Below, in pieces: positions 55,459 to 64,000 of a stretch of DNA of 64,000 bases. The translations under genes and the position numbers were made by a program. This DNA comes from Clostridia bacterium (lineage in GTDB: Bacteria; Bacillota; Clostridia; Oscillospirales; QAKW01), in the NCBI GenBank assembly GCA_017482195.1, contig JAFUNM010000006.1, positions 1,184 through 65,183 of the forward strand, in the 5' to 3' direction. How positions within the stretch are numbered: position 1 is the first letter of the stretch; every line of letters begins with the position of its first letter. Under the pieces are notes generated by a model that did not search any database, was not told where the DNA came from, and worked only from the letters and a program-made list of their open reading frames with translations.

Positions 55459-57408
55459 TTACTTTTTGGCTTTGGTGTCGATGACTTCCTTGATCAAGGT
55501 AATGAAATCGGCAACGGGCATGGTACCCAAATCGCCATCATGGCGGCTGCGAACAGAGACAGTCCCCGCCTCGGCTTCCTTTTCGCCGATGATGACCATA
55601 TAAGGAACCTTCTGCAGCTGGGCTTCACGGATCTTATAGCCGATTTTTTCATTACGCTCATCCAGTTCTACCCGCAGACCTGCATTGCGAAGAGTTGTAT
55701 AAACATCATTTGCCTTATCCATGGTCTTTTCGCTGATAGGCAGTACCCGCACCTGAATGGGAGCCATCCAGGTAGGTAAAGCACCGGCATACTTCTCAAT
55801 GAGATAAGCCAGAGTACGCTCATAGCAGCCCATAGAAGTACGGTGGATGATATAGGGGCGGACCTTCTGGCCGTTCTGATCAATATAGGTCATGTCAAAC
55901 TGCTCTGCCAGCAGTTGGTCCACCTGAATGGTCACGATGGTATCTTCCTTACCGAATACATTGTGATACTGAATATCCAGCTTGGGACCGTAAAACGCGG
56001 CCTCATCGATCCCAACGGTATAATCTACACCCAGATCATCTAAGATCTTACCCATAATACTCTGGGCTTCATCCCATTGCTCGGGGGTGCCGATATATTT
56101 TTCGGTATTATTAGGATCCCATTGAGAGAAACGGAAAGTGCAATCCTCCAGCATTCCAAGGGTATCCAGACAATATTTTGCCAGCTCCAGGCAACCTTTA
56201 AACTCTTCTTCCAGCTGATTGGGGCGAAGAATCAAGTGCCCCTCGGAGATCGTGAACTGGCGAACGCGGATCAAGCCATGCATCTCGCCGCTGTCTTCAT
56301 TCCGGAAGAGGGTCGAAGTCTCACCCAGTCTCATAGGCAGATCACGGTAAGAACGCATCCGATTGAGATAGACCTGATACTGGAAGGGGCAGGTCATGGG
56401 GCGCATGGCGAAACATTCCTTGGTCTCATCGGTGGGGTCGCCCAAAACAAACATTCCGTCCAGATAATGATCCCAATGGCCGGAGATCTTATAGAGATCG
56501 CTCTTGGCCATCAGAGGAGTCTTGGTCAGCAAATAGCCGCGTTTTTCCTCTTCATCCTCGATCCAGCGCTGCAGGGTCTGGATGACCTTGGCGCCTTTGG
56601 GCAGTAAAATAGGCAAGCCCTGGCCGATCACGTCGGAGGTGGTAAAATATTCCAGCTCTCGCCCCACTTTATTGTGGTCGCGCTTGCGGGCTTCCTCCAG
56701 CTGCGCCAGATGCTCTTCCAGCTCGGCGGCTTTCATAAAGGATACGCCGTAAATTCTCTGGAGCATGGTGCGGTTGGAATCGCCTCTCCAATAAGCACCC
56801 GTAGCGCTCAGAAGGGCGATGGCTTTAATCTTGGATACATCAAAGAGATGAGGACCGGCGCAAAGGTCGGTAAAATCGCCCTGACGGTAGAACGAAATAT
56901 TTTCGCCCTTTCCGGCGTGCTCCTCGATGAGCTCTAATTTATAAGGCTCGTCCATCATCAGTTCCTTGGCTTCCGTTGCGGTAAGCTCAAAGCGCTCCAA
57001 ACGAAGACGCTCCTTCACGATCTTTTTCATTTCAGCCTGGATCTTGGTCAGATCCTCGGCGGTAAAGGGTTTTTCAACCTCGAAATCATAATAGAAACCG
57101 CTGTCAATGGCGGGACCGATGGCGAGCTTTGCCTCCGGGAACAAACGCTTGACCGCCTGCGCCAGCACATGGGATGTGGTGTGCCAGAAGACCTTTCTTG
57201 CCCGCTCGTCTGCAAAAGTCAGGGTAGTGACCTCATCCCCTTCATTCGGAACATAAGTCAATTCCCGCACCTCTTCTCCCACTAGGCAGCAAAGTGCCTC
57301 GCGAGCAACAGCAGGGTCCAGAGCAAAGGCTGCATCAAAGGCAGTTTTGCCCGCTTCCAGTTCGATCATCTGACCGTTAAGTTTAACTTGCATTTCTTTT
57401 TTCACCAC
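55459..57408 (-). CDS. thrS: Threonine--tRNA ligase
   Basis: N-terminal TGS domain, class-II motifs (FRNEDSGEMHGLIRVRQFT, GFYGPKLD-like AAFYGPKLD) and a C-terminal anticodon-binding domain. Start is GTG 57408 or ATG 57393, neither with a clear SD. Confidence 0.93.
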   Translation of the reverse strand: MVKKEMQVKLNGQMIELEAGKTAFDAAFALDPAVAREALCCLVGEEVRELTYVPNEGDEVTTLTFADERARKVFWHTTSHVLAQAVKRLFPEAKLAIGPAIDSGFYYDFEVEKPFTAEDLTKIQAEMKKIVKERLRLERFELTATEAKELMMDEPYKLELIEEHAGKGENISFYRQGDFTDLCAGPHLFDVSKIKAIALLSATGAYWRGDSNRTMLQRIYGVSFMKAAELEEHLAQLEEARKRDHNKVGRELEYFTTSDVIGQGLPILLPKGAKVIQTLQRWIEDEEEKRGYLLTKTPLMAKSDLYKISGHWDHYLDGMFVLGDPTDETKECFAMRPMTCPFQYQVYLNRMRSYRDLPMRLGETSTLFRNEDSGEMHGLIRVRQFTISEGHLILRPNQLEEEFKGCLELAKYCLDTLGMLEDCTFRFSQWDPNNTEKYIGTPEQWDEAQSIMGKILDDLGVDYTVGIDEAAFYGPKLDIQYHNVFGKEDTIVTIQVDQLLAEQFDMTYIDQNGQKVRPYIIHRTSMGCYERTLAYLIEKYAGALPTWMAPIQVRVLPISEKTMDKANDVYTTLRNAGLRVELDERNEKIGYKIREAQLQKVPYMVIIGEKEAEAGTVSVRSRHDGDLGTMPVADFITLIKEVIDTKAKK

Positions 57409-57443
57409 GCATTAAAAAATTTAGCATTTTGCGCTATTTGACA

Positions 57444-57472
57444 ATTATATCACTTTAAAATTTAAAAAGCAA
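57444..57472 (-). promoter_or_regulatory. Putative thrS promoter (extended -10)
   Basis: On the minus strand: TTGCTT, a 17-nt spacer, then TGaTATAAT. This leaves only an approx. 30-nt leader. Confidence 0.5.
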
Positions 57473-57476
57473 TAGT

Positions 57477-58679
57477 TTATTCTCCAATTCCGAGTGCCGC
57501 CAGACCGCCCTCAGAGGTCTCCCGATAGGCGGCATGGATATCCTTTCCGGTACGGCGCATGGCCACGATGACCTTGTCCAGCGAGATCTTGCGGGTGCTG
57601 CTCAAAAAGCTTGCCAGATTCACCGCGTTGATGGCGCGCATGGCCGCCACCGCGTTACGCTCAATACAGGGGATCTGCACCAATCCGCCGATGGGATCAC
57701 AAGTAAGCCCCAAATGGTGCTCGATAGCGATCTCAGCCGCATACTCGATCTTGTCCATATGCAGACCGAACAATTCACCCAAAGCCGCTGCCGCCATGGC
57801 GCAGGCGGTGCCGATCTCAGCCTGACAGCCGGCCTCAGCGCCGGAGATGGAGGCGTTGGTCTTAATAAGATTCCCGATAATACCGCCGGCAGCTAAGGCT
57901 TGGCAAATTTCCAGGTCGGTAAAGCCGTGCTTTTGCTGTTGATAATAAAGCACCGCAGGAACGACACCGGAGGCACCGCAGGTAGGGGCCGTTACGATCG
58001 TTTCGCCGGAGGCATTCTGTTCGCTGACCGCAAAGGCATAGGAGCAGACGACCCGATTTTCTCTTGTTTCGGCCGATTCATCGATATGCTGCATTTCATA
58101 GAGATATTTTGCTTTTTTCTGTACCTCAAGACCTCCCGGAAGCGTGCCTTCATCCTCAAGGCCCCGCTCAACGGCAGCCTTCATGGCATTCCAAACATTT
58201 TGCAGATGCTCCCAGATCTCCCGGCCCTCGATCCGCTCCACATATTGCCAAAGGCGCAGACGGTTGACCTTGCAATAGGCGGCAATATCCTCAAAGCTCC
58301 GGTGGGGATAGACGGTGGGGGCGCACTTGGCGGGATCGTCCTCAAAGGCGATCCGTCCGCCGCCTACGCTGAACACCCGCGCCTGACCCTGATGCTGTTC
58401 AGATTGATAAGCAAACAGTTCCATCGTATTGGGATGGGGCAGGTCGGTCTTTTCTAAATTGAACTCCACTTCACAAGGAACGGGGGCAAAGGTACGGCGG
58501 ATGACTTCATCGGTGCCGTGCCCTTTTCCGGTTTTTGCCAGAGAGCCGTAGAGGATCACCCGGAAGGTGTCGGCCTCCGGGTATTTTTCTTTAAAATACA
58601 GGCAGGCCCGCTCCGGGCCCATGGTATGGGAGCTGGAGGGGCCTCTGCCGATCTTATAAAGCTGATTTAAGGATTCCAT
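57477..58679 (-). CDS. sdaA: L-serine ammonia-lyase, Fe-S dependent (single-chain form)
   Basis: [17 protein letters not shown]-terminus, [37 protein letters not shown]. Confidence 0.9.
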   Translation of the reverse strand: MESLNQLYKIGRGPSSSHTMGPERACLYFKEKYPEADTFRVILYGSLAKTGKGHGTDEVIRRTFAPVPCEVEFNLEKTDLPHPNTMELFAYQSEQHQGQARVFSVGGGRIAFEDDPAKCAPTVYPHRSFEDIAAYCKVNRLRLWQYVERIEGREIWEHLQNVWNAMKAAVERGLEDEGTLPGGLEVQKKAKYLYEMQHIDESAETRENRVVCSYAFAVSEQNASGETIVTAPTCGASGVVPAVLYYQQQKHGFTDLEICQALAAGGIIGNLIKTNASISGAEAGCQAEIGTACAMAAAALGELFGLHMDKIEYAAEIAIEHHLGLTCDPIGGLVQIPCIERNAVAAMRAINAVNLASFLSSTRKISLDKVIVAMRRTGKDIHAAYRETSEGGLAALGIGE

Positions 58680-59578
58680 TATTTTTTACCTCGTTTCAAA
58701 AAAGAAAAACGCAGAGTTTTGCCGCCGACGGTCTCGGACACATCGCCCACCGACATAAAGGCCTCCGGTTCAAATTCCATCACGGTGCGTTTGACTCTTC
58801 CCAGTTCAAAGCGATTGACCACGCAATAGATCATCATCTTTTCTTCGCCGGAATAGCCGCCATAGGACTCCAACACCGTAACGCCCCGACCCAATTCCTC
58901 CGAAAGAAGAGCGGGCAGATCGGAGGTACGTTTGGCTACAATAAAGACGGAATTTCCTTTATCAAAGCCATCTACCACATAGTCGATGGTCTTATTCCCG
59001 ATGGCATAGGCAATGATGGAATAAAGAGGGATATTCCAGCTTTGGAAAATCAATGCTGCAACCGAATACAAAATCACATTATACACCATCATGAAGGTAC
59101 CCACCGTCATCCCCAGCTTTTTGGCAAAGAGGACGGCCATGACCTCCACTCCGTCGATAGCGCCGCCGAAGCGGATGACCATACCGCTTCCGATGCCCGA
59201 AAGCAGTCCGCCGAAGAGGGCGCCCAACAGAATATCATTCCCCACAAAAGGCGAGCCATTGGTGAAATCGATGGGCAAAATATTCTGGAACAGAAAGGCG
59301 CTGCCGGAATAGACGGCAATGGCATATAACGAATAGATAATGAAATGCCATCCGACTTTCTTATAGGCCAGCAGGAAGAAGGGGACATTCAGCACAATCA
59401 GGAACATACCCAGCATCAGGTATTCGGGGGTAAGAACGTCCAGCAAAAAAGCGGTACCGGAGATTCCGCTGTCAAAAAGGCGCAAAGGCGCTAAAAAGAG
59501 GGTCACCCCCACTGCGTTGATGATACCTGCAAAAAACAGCGGGATAAAATAAACCCAACGAATCTTAAAGCGTTTCAT
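58679..59578 (-). CDS. YitT-family membrane protein (DUF161 repeats + DUF2179)
   Basis: [17 protein letters not shown]... and C-terminal [30 protein letters not shown] overlap with sdaA. Confidence 0.8.
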   Translation of the reverse strand: MKRFKIRWVYFIPLFFAGIINAVGVTLFLAPLRLFDSGISGTAFLLDVLTPEYLMLGMFLIVLNVPFFLLAYKKVGWHFIIYSLYAIAVYSGSAFLFQNILPIDFTNGSPFVGNDILLGALFGGLLSGIGSGMVIRFGGAIDGVEVMAVLFAKKLGMTVGTFMMVYNVILYSVAALIFQSWNIPLYSIIAYAIGNKTIDYVVDGFDKGNSVFIVAKRTSDLPALLSEELGRGVTVLESYGGYSGEEKMMIYCVVNRFELGRVKRTVMEFEPEAFMSVGDVSETVGGKTLRFSFLKRGKK

Positions 59579-59642
59579 TCCGATACTCCTTTCTATTTTC
59601 TATCTTTATATTTTAACACAATTGAAATTTAGTGTCAATAAA

Positions 59643-60140
59643 CTACGCGGGAAGAATGATTCCGCAGGCCATCTTTGTGCCGGAATTTCCTGCGGGCTGG
59701 GTATGGAAATCATCGGGATCGGTATGGAGAACGGCTGTTTTGCCCAATACCTCACGCACCTCCAGCTGGCCGGCCAACACGGCCATAAAGCCTTTGCCGT
59801 CCTCTTCCATCAGGGGCGGCAGGTCTCCGGCATGCTGAGGATGCCAGCATTGATCAGGATTATAATGGGTACCGCTTTCGGCAAAGGGATCCTCAGCGGT
59901 ACCGGGTCCGCAGCGACCGCCGCTATGGATATGGAAACCGAAAAAGTGGTTTTCACAGATCCCCTCATGATGGGGAAGACCCTCCGCCCTGACCGCGATC
60001 AGGCAGCCGAAGGGGGTGTCCCAAAAGCAGACCCAGCCATCGATTTCCGGATAGACAGCGCTGCCTTTCAGACGGGCAATAGCCTGAGGCGGACGGGTGA
60101 GCATCCGTCCGAAATATTCCATGGAAAAATCTTCTCTCAT
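59643..60140 (-). CDS. Cu/Zn superoxide dismutase-like protein without signal peptide
   Basis: FGFHIHSGG, GTHYNP, HPQHAGDLP, VLHTDPDD, GNSGTKMACGII, the full SodC ligand pattern. ATG 60140 overlaps the feoB stop (ATGA). The N-terminus MREDFSMEYFGRML is not hydrophobic. Confidence 0.75.
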   Translation of the reverse strand: MREDFSMEYFGRMLTRPPQAIARLKGSAVYPEIDGWVCFWDTPFGCLIAVRAEGLPHHEGICENHFFGFHIHSGGRCGPGTAEDPFAESGTHYNPDQCWHPQHAGDLPPLMEEDGKGFMAVLAGQLEVREVLGKTAVLHTDPDDFHTQPAGNSGTKMACGIILPA

Positions 60141-62209
60141 AGTAAACCAAGTCCTTTCGTAAGAGTTGCGATGATAAAACAGACCGCCATACCCAAAAGG
60201 GTGGGCAGTAGGGCGGCGGCTGCTGTCCAGCCCCAGCTGCCGGTCTCTTTCCTGACGGTCAGGAGGGTGGTGGAGCAGGGCCAATGGAACAGGGAAAACA
60301 GCATGGTACAAAGAGCGGTGACGGAAGTCCAGCCGTTGGCCACCAGAATTTCACGGATCTCCAAAAGGCTGCCTGCCTCGGAAAGAGTGCCCCGAGAAAG
60401 ATAGATCATCAGGATGATGGGCAGCACGATCTCATTGGCGGGAAAGCCTAAAACAAAGGCAATAAGAATGGCACCGTCCATTCCCAGAAGTTTTCCAAAA
60501 GGATCCAAAAAGGCGGCGATATGGGCCAGAAGACTCAGTTCCCCCACTGTAATATTGGCAAGCAGCCAAAGGATCAGTCCGGCCGGTGCTGCCACCGCAG
60601 CCGCTCGGCCCAAAACAAAGAGGGTACGATCTAAAATCGAGCGGATCAGCACCTTACCCACCTGAGGCTTGCGATAAGGTGGCAGTTCCAAAGTAAAGGA
60701 AGAAGGCGTCCCCTTTAAAAGAGTGGCGGAAAGCAGACGGGAGACTCCAAAGGTGGCCAGGATCCCCAGAAGAATGATACCGGTCAGTAAAATTGCCGAC
60801 CATACCGACCCCAAGGTACCGCTCTGTACCCCCACAAAAAAGACGGTGATCAAGGTAATGAGAGTGGGAAAACGGCCATTGCAGGGAACAAAGCTATTGG
60901 TGAGGATGGCGATCATCCGTTCCCGGGGAGAGTCGATGATCCGGCAGCCCGTGACCCCCACCGCATTGCAACCGAAACCCATGCACATGGTCAGTGCCTG
61001 CTTGCCGCAGGCTCTGCATTTCTGGAAGGGTTTATCCAGATTATAGGCAATACGGGGCAGGTAGCCTGCATCCTCCAGCAGGGTAAAAAGTGGGAAAAAG
61101 ATCGCCATAGGCGGCAGCATCACCGCCACCACCCAACTAAGTACCCGGAAAGCACCCTGCACCAAAGCGCCGATCAACCATTCGGGAGCCTGCCAATAGA
61201 CCAACAGGCCGTTCAACCTTTCCTCCACCCAAAGCAAGGCATCGGACAGCAGCGACGAGGGATAATTCGCGCCGGTAATGGTCAGCCAAAGGACGGCCGC
61301 TAAAAGCCCGATCATTACCAAATAGCCATAGCGGCGGCCGGTGAGTACCCGATCCAGCTTACGGTCCAGGCAGCGATATCCCTCCTGCTGAACGAGTACG
61401 ACTCCGCGGCACAGTTCCTCAGCAGCGGTGACCACCGATCCCACCAGCCGATCCTTTAGTTCCTCGGCAGAAATACCGGCCTCAGCAAGGCGGGTACGAG
61501 CGGTCTCCAAAGCACAGGAAATGACCTGATCGGCCAGAAGATCCCGCTCAAAATAGCGGTTCAACTCCGCCAGCAGAGTCTCCTCTCCTTCCAGAAGGCG
61601 CAGAGCCAGCCAGCGGGGGTTCAACGAAGTTTGAAGGCGGTCGGCCAGCACCGGAGTCAGCAGCTCCGCCGCCTCCTCCAACGGATGATCATAGCGTACC
61701 TGATAGGAGCAGGGCGGAGAACTCTCCATCATCCGATCCAGGCGTTCACAGAGGGTTTTCAGGCTTTTCTTTTTTTGAGCTACCGTTTCCACCACCGGTA
61801 CCCCTAACCGCTTGGAAAGCTCTGCCGAATCGATGCAGATTCCTTTGCGCTTGGCTTCGTCCATCAGGTTGATGCAGACCAACACCTTTGGACAAAGCTC
61901 CATCGTCTGCAACACCAGGTTGAGATTTCGCTCCAGGCAGGTGGCATCGCACACCACCACCGCCGCATCCGGCTCTTCAAAGCAGAGGTAATTACGCGCC
62001 ACCTCCTCTTCAGCCGAATGGGCCATCAGGGAATAAGTACCGGGGAGATCCACCAAATCATATCGATGCGCGGCGGTGGAAAAGACGCCTTGGGCGAGGG
62101 CGACGGTCTTGCCCGGCCAGTTGCCGGTATGCTGGTGCATACCGGTGAGAGCATTAAACACGGTGCTTTTTCCTACATTGGGATTTCCTGCAAGGGCGAT
62201 TTGTTTCAT
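60137..62209 (-). CDS. feoB: Ferrous iron transporter FeoB
   Basis: MKQIALAGNPNVGKST (G1), DLPGTYS, NLMDEA, followed by a polytopic membrane domain. 690 aa. Confidence 0.95.
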   Translation of the reverse strand: MKQIALAGNPNVGKSTVFNALTGMHQHTGNWPGKTVALAQGVFSTAAHRYDLVDLPGTYSLMAHSAEEEVARNYLCFEEPDAAVVVCDATCLERNLNLVLQTMELCPKVLVCINLMDEAKRKGICIDSAELSKRLGVPVVETVAQKKKSLKTLCERLDRMMESSPPCSYQVRYDHPLEEAAELLTPVLADRLQTSLNPRWLALRLLEGEETLLAELNRYFERDLLADQVISCALETARTRLAEAGISAEELKDRLVGSVVTAAEELCRGVVLVQQEGYRCLDRKLDRVLTGRRYGYLVMIGLLAAVLWLTITGANYPSSLLSDALLWVEERLNGLLVYWQAPEWLIGALVQGAFRVLSWVVAVMLPPMAIFFPLFTLLEDAGYLPRIAYNLDKPFQKCRACGKQALTMCMGFGCNAVGVTGCRIIDSPRERMIAILTNSFVPCNGRFPTLITLITVFFVGVQSGTLGSVWSAILLTGIILLGILATFGVSRLLSATLLKGTPSSFTLELPPYRKPQVGKVLIRSILDRTLFVLGRAAAVAAPAGLILWLLANITVGELSLLAHIAAFLDPFGKLLGMDGAILIAFVLGFPANEIVLPIILMIYLSRGTLSEAGSLLEIREILVANGWTSVTALCTMLFSLFHWPCSTTLLTVRKETGSWGWTAAAALLPTLLGMAVCFIIATLTKGLGLL

Positions 62210-62220
62210 CGTTTTCCCTC

Positions 62221-62451
62221 CTATTCAATCAGGATATTCTTACTGTCCGCCGACCGAATGGCGATGACTGCGCCTCGAATATAATAAGCGCTGGGGTCTC
62301 CGCCCGGACTGCGGCCGATGCATTCCACCGTTGTGTTTTCAATCAAACCGATATCTAAAAGTCTTCTGCGGATACTGCCGGTGGAGAGCAGAGCTTTTAC
62401 CCTTCCCTGCTGCCCCGGGGCAAGCTCCGAAAGACGATGCATATATTCCAT
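62221..62451 (-). CDS. feoA: FeoA-family protein
   Basis: LSELAPGQQGRVKAL...RRLLDIGLIENTTVE...GDP, an SH3-like FeoA of 76 aa. Confidence 0.9.
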   Translation of the reverse strand: MEYMHRLSELAPGQQGRVKALLSTGSIRRRLLDIGLIENTTVECIGRSPGGDPSAYYIRGAVIAIRSADSKNILIE

Positions 62452-62512
62452 TTCAAAACCGCCTTTTCGTAATCTGGGTTAATTCATCTTATGGCGAAGG
62501 GCGATACTTGGT

Positions 62513-62545
62513 GAAAAATAAAAAGGGCTGAAAACTCAGCCCTTT
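62513..62545 (-). terminator. queH terminator
   Basis: AAAGGGCTGA aaac TCAGCCCTTT (contains the queH stop), followed on the minus strand by TTTTTATTTTTC. Confidence 0.8.
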
Positions 62546-63102
62546 GAAAACTTCTTTTGATCCTTTTCAATTTTGCTTTGATAACGATCCTCTTCGGAAT
62601 AAATACAGCCGCAGTATTTCTGCATGTACATTTCCAGCTCCCGCGCTTCATTCTGTCCCTCCCTGAAATGAGGAGAAAAATCATAGGGCAGGAATTTGAT
62701 TCCGTATTTTTTTGCAGCCTTTTCCCCGATCTCAAAGATCAGCGGACGGTTCTGATAGGGGGATACCGTGAGGGTGGTGGCGATGGCAGTAAAGCCATGC
62801 TCTTTTGCGTAGCGAGCGGTCTCTTCAAGGCGCACCGCATAACAATATTCACAGCGGTTTTCCGGATGATCAGCCACCGCCTTCGTGAACTTTTTCAAGC
62901 CGTATTCATCCCGGATCTCCAAAGCCAGATCAATGGATTTCGCATATTCAATCAAGGTTTCCCGCCGGGCACGGTATTCCATATACGGATGAATATTGGG
63001 ATTATACCAAAAGCCGATGGGCTCCACCCCCTCCTGACGCAGCTGCTTGATGCAGGCTACCGCACAGGGAGCACAGCAAATATGCAGTAATAATTTTTCC
63101 AT
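62536..63102 (-). CDS. queH: Epoxyqueuosine reductase QueH (DUF208)
   Basis: MEKLLLHICCAPCAV, NPNIHPY, RCEYCY, CGCIYSEE. ATG 63102 follows AGGAGG. Confidence 0.88.
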   Translation of the reverse strand: MEKLLLHICCAPCAVACIKQLRQEGVEPIGFWYNPNIHPYMEYRARRETLIEYAKSIDLALEIRDEYGLKKFTKAVADHPENRCEYCYAVRLEETARYAKEHGFTAIATTLTVSPYQNRPLIFEIGEKAAKKYGIKFLPYDFSPHFREGQNEARELEMYMQKYCGCIYSEEDRYQSKIEKDQKKFSKG

Positions 63103-63156
63103 TATCCCGCCTCCTTTTTTCATAAAGGATACCATACTTTCTTCCGCTTTTCAATA

Positions 63157-63185
63157 TTGACAAAATATTTACAGATTGATATAAT
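63157..63185 (+). promoter_or_regulatory. Consensus sigma-A promoter of metY
   Basis: TTGACA (63157-63162), a 17-nt spacer, then TATAAT (63180-63185). Confidence 0.75.
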
Positions 63186-63227
63186 TTTTAATCATGCAGT
63201 TTCAGCTCCAAAGGAGGAGATTTTATA

Positions 63228-64000
63228 ATGAAAGACCAAAGAATCGAAACCAAATGCGTGCAAGGGGGCTACACTCCCGGAAACGGTGAGCCCCGCCAGG
63301 TTCCCATCATTCAAAGCACCACCTTTAAATATGCCACCAGCGAAGATATGGGCAAGCTCTTCGACTTAGAGGCCAGCGGCTATTTCTATTCCCGTCTGCA
63401 AAACCCCACCTGCGATACAGTGGCAGCCAAAATCTGCGAATTGGAAGGCGGCTCTGCCGCCATGCTGACCGGTTCCGGCCAGGCAGCCTCCTTTTTTGCG
63501 GTATTCAATATTGCCTCCATCGGTGATCATGTAGTGGCCAGCTCTGCCATCTACGGCGGTACCTACAATCTCTTTGCCGTCACCATGAAGCGGATGGGCA
63601 TTGAATTTACATTTGTTTCTCCCGATTGCTCCGATGAAGAGCTGGAGGCTGCTTTCCGTCCCAATACCAAAGCGGTATTCGGCGAAACCATTGCCAACCC
63701 CGCCTTGAATGTATTGGATATCGAGCGGTTTGCCAACGCTGCCCATGCTCACGGTGTTCCCCTTATTATTGATAATACCTTTGCCACACCGATCAATTGC
63801 CGCCCCATCGAATGGGGGGCGGATATCGTGACTCACTCCACCACGAAGTATATGGACGGCCACGGTGCGGCAGTAGGCGGCTGTATTGTGGATTCCGGTA
63901 AATTCGACTGGACCAAATATCCCGATAAATTCCCCGGTCTTTGCACTCCCGACAACAGCTACCACGGTGTTACCTACACCGAGCGCTTCGGCCTTGAAGG
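63228..64000 (+). CDS. metY: O-acetylhomoserine sulfhydrylase / aminocarboxypropyltransferase (PLP-dependent); 3' end off window
   Basis: Not in the supplied track because there is no stop in the window. ATG 63228 follows AAGGAGGAGA. My translation: MKDQRIETKCVQGGYTPGNGEPRQVPIIQSTTFKY...YSRLQNPT...DNTFATP...VTHSTTKYMDGHG (PLP Lys). The minus-strand ORF 63366..63965 is its shadow. Confidence 0.88.
   Translation, partial: MKDQRIETKCVQGGYTPGNGEPRQVPIIQSTTFKYATSEDMGKLFDLEASGYFYSRLQNPTCDTVAAKICELEGGSAAMLTGSGQAASFFAVFNIASIGDHVVASSAIYGGTYNLFAVTMKRMGIEFTFVSPDCSDEELEAAFRPNTKAVFGETIANPALNVLDIERFANAAHAHGVPLIIDNTFATPINCRPIEWGADIVTHSTTKYMDGHGAAVGGCIVDSGKFDWTKYPDKFPGLCTPDNSYHGVTYTERFGLE

Noticed and set aside
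1-64000. Window-wide search for tRNA or rRNA genes, CRISPR arrays, IS elements, integrases, prophage or known defence-system genes, and toxin-antitoxin pairs.
   Set aside because: Every intergenic region longer than 60 nt is accounted for by promoters, terminators or the L-box. No cloverleaf-like sequence, spaced direct-repeat array or transposase/recombinase-like ORF was seen.

Overview
The window is a densely coding chromosomal segment. By inference it comes from a Gram-positive, Clostridia-like anaerobe: it has SLH-domain wall proteins, pdaA- and spoVB-like sporulation genes, an L-box riboswitch, sigma-A type TTGACA/TATAAT promoters, and AT-rich spacers carrying textbook hairpin plus T-run terminators. 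I can support about 60 protein genes, one frameshifted pseudogene, one lysine riboswitch, several promoters and operators, and about 20 intrinsic terminators. I found no rRNA, tRNA, CRISPR array, transposase, integrase or phage genes.

Most of the content is housekeeping:
- Lysine and DAP synthesis: dapA-dapB-lysC-lysA behind the L-box.
- Translation and RNA: rpmE, rpsO-pnp, typA, thrS, queH.
- Cell wall: glmS-glmM, mltG, and a U32 peptidase next to mltG.
- Other metabolism and transport: asnA, nagA-luxS, sdaA, feoAB, metY.

Two genes that run off the window edges are missing from the supplied ORF track. They are a NodB deacetylase at 1..1089 (minus strand) and metY at 63228..64000 (plus strand).

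The loci most worth a second look:
1. 9443-15762: a translationally coupled five-gene operon. It encodes a lipoprotein, an OmpR-type regulator, a histidine kinase and two membrane-anchored RCC1 beta-propeller proteins.
2. 50013-52582: a cluster of four uncharacterised Cys-rich families. These are a NifU-like scaffold, a GGGtGRT protein, a C_GCAxxG_C_C protein and a small Nif11-like ORF with a Gly-Gly motif.
3. 41662-45205: a small sulfite/nitrite-reductase-like Fe-S protein heading a BtuFCD/Fec-type importer operon.
4. 33655-34242: a peroxiredoxin homologue lacking its peroxidatic Cys.
5. 59643-60140: a signal-peptide-less Cu/Zn-SOD-like gene coupled to feoB by an ATGA overlap.
6. 18793-26277: a cell-surface island of two SLH proteins and an orphan solute-binding lipoprotein.

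All family calls come from reading motifs by eye. No database search was run, and hairpin coordinates are good to about +/-2 nt.
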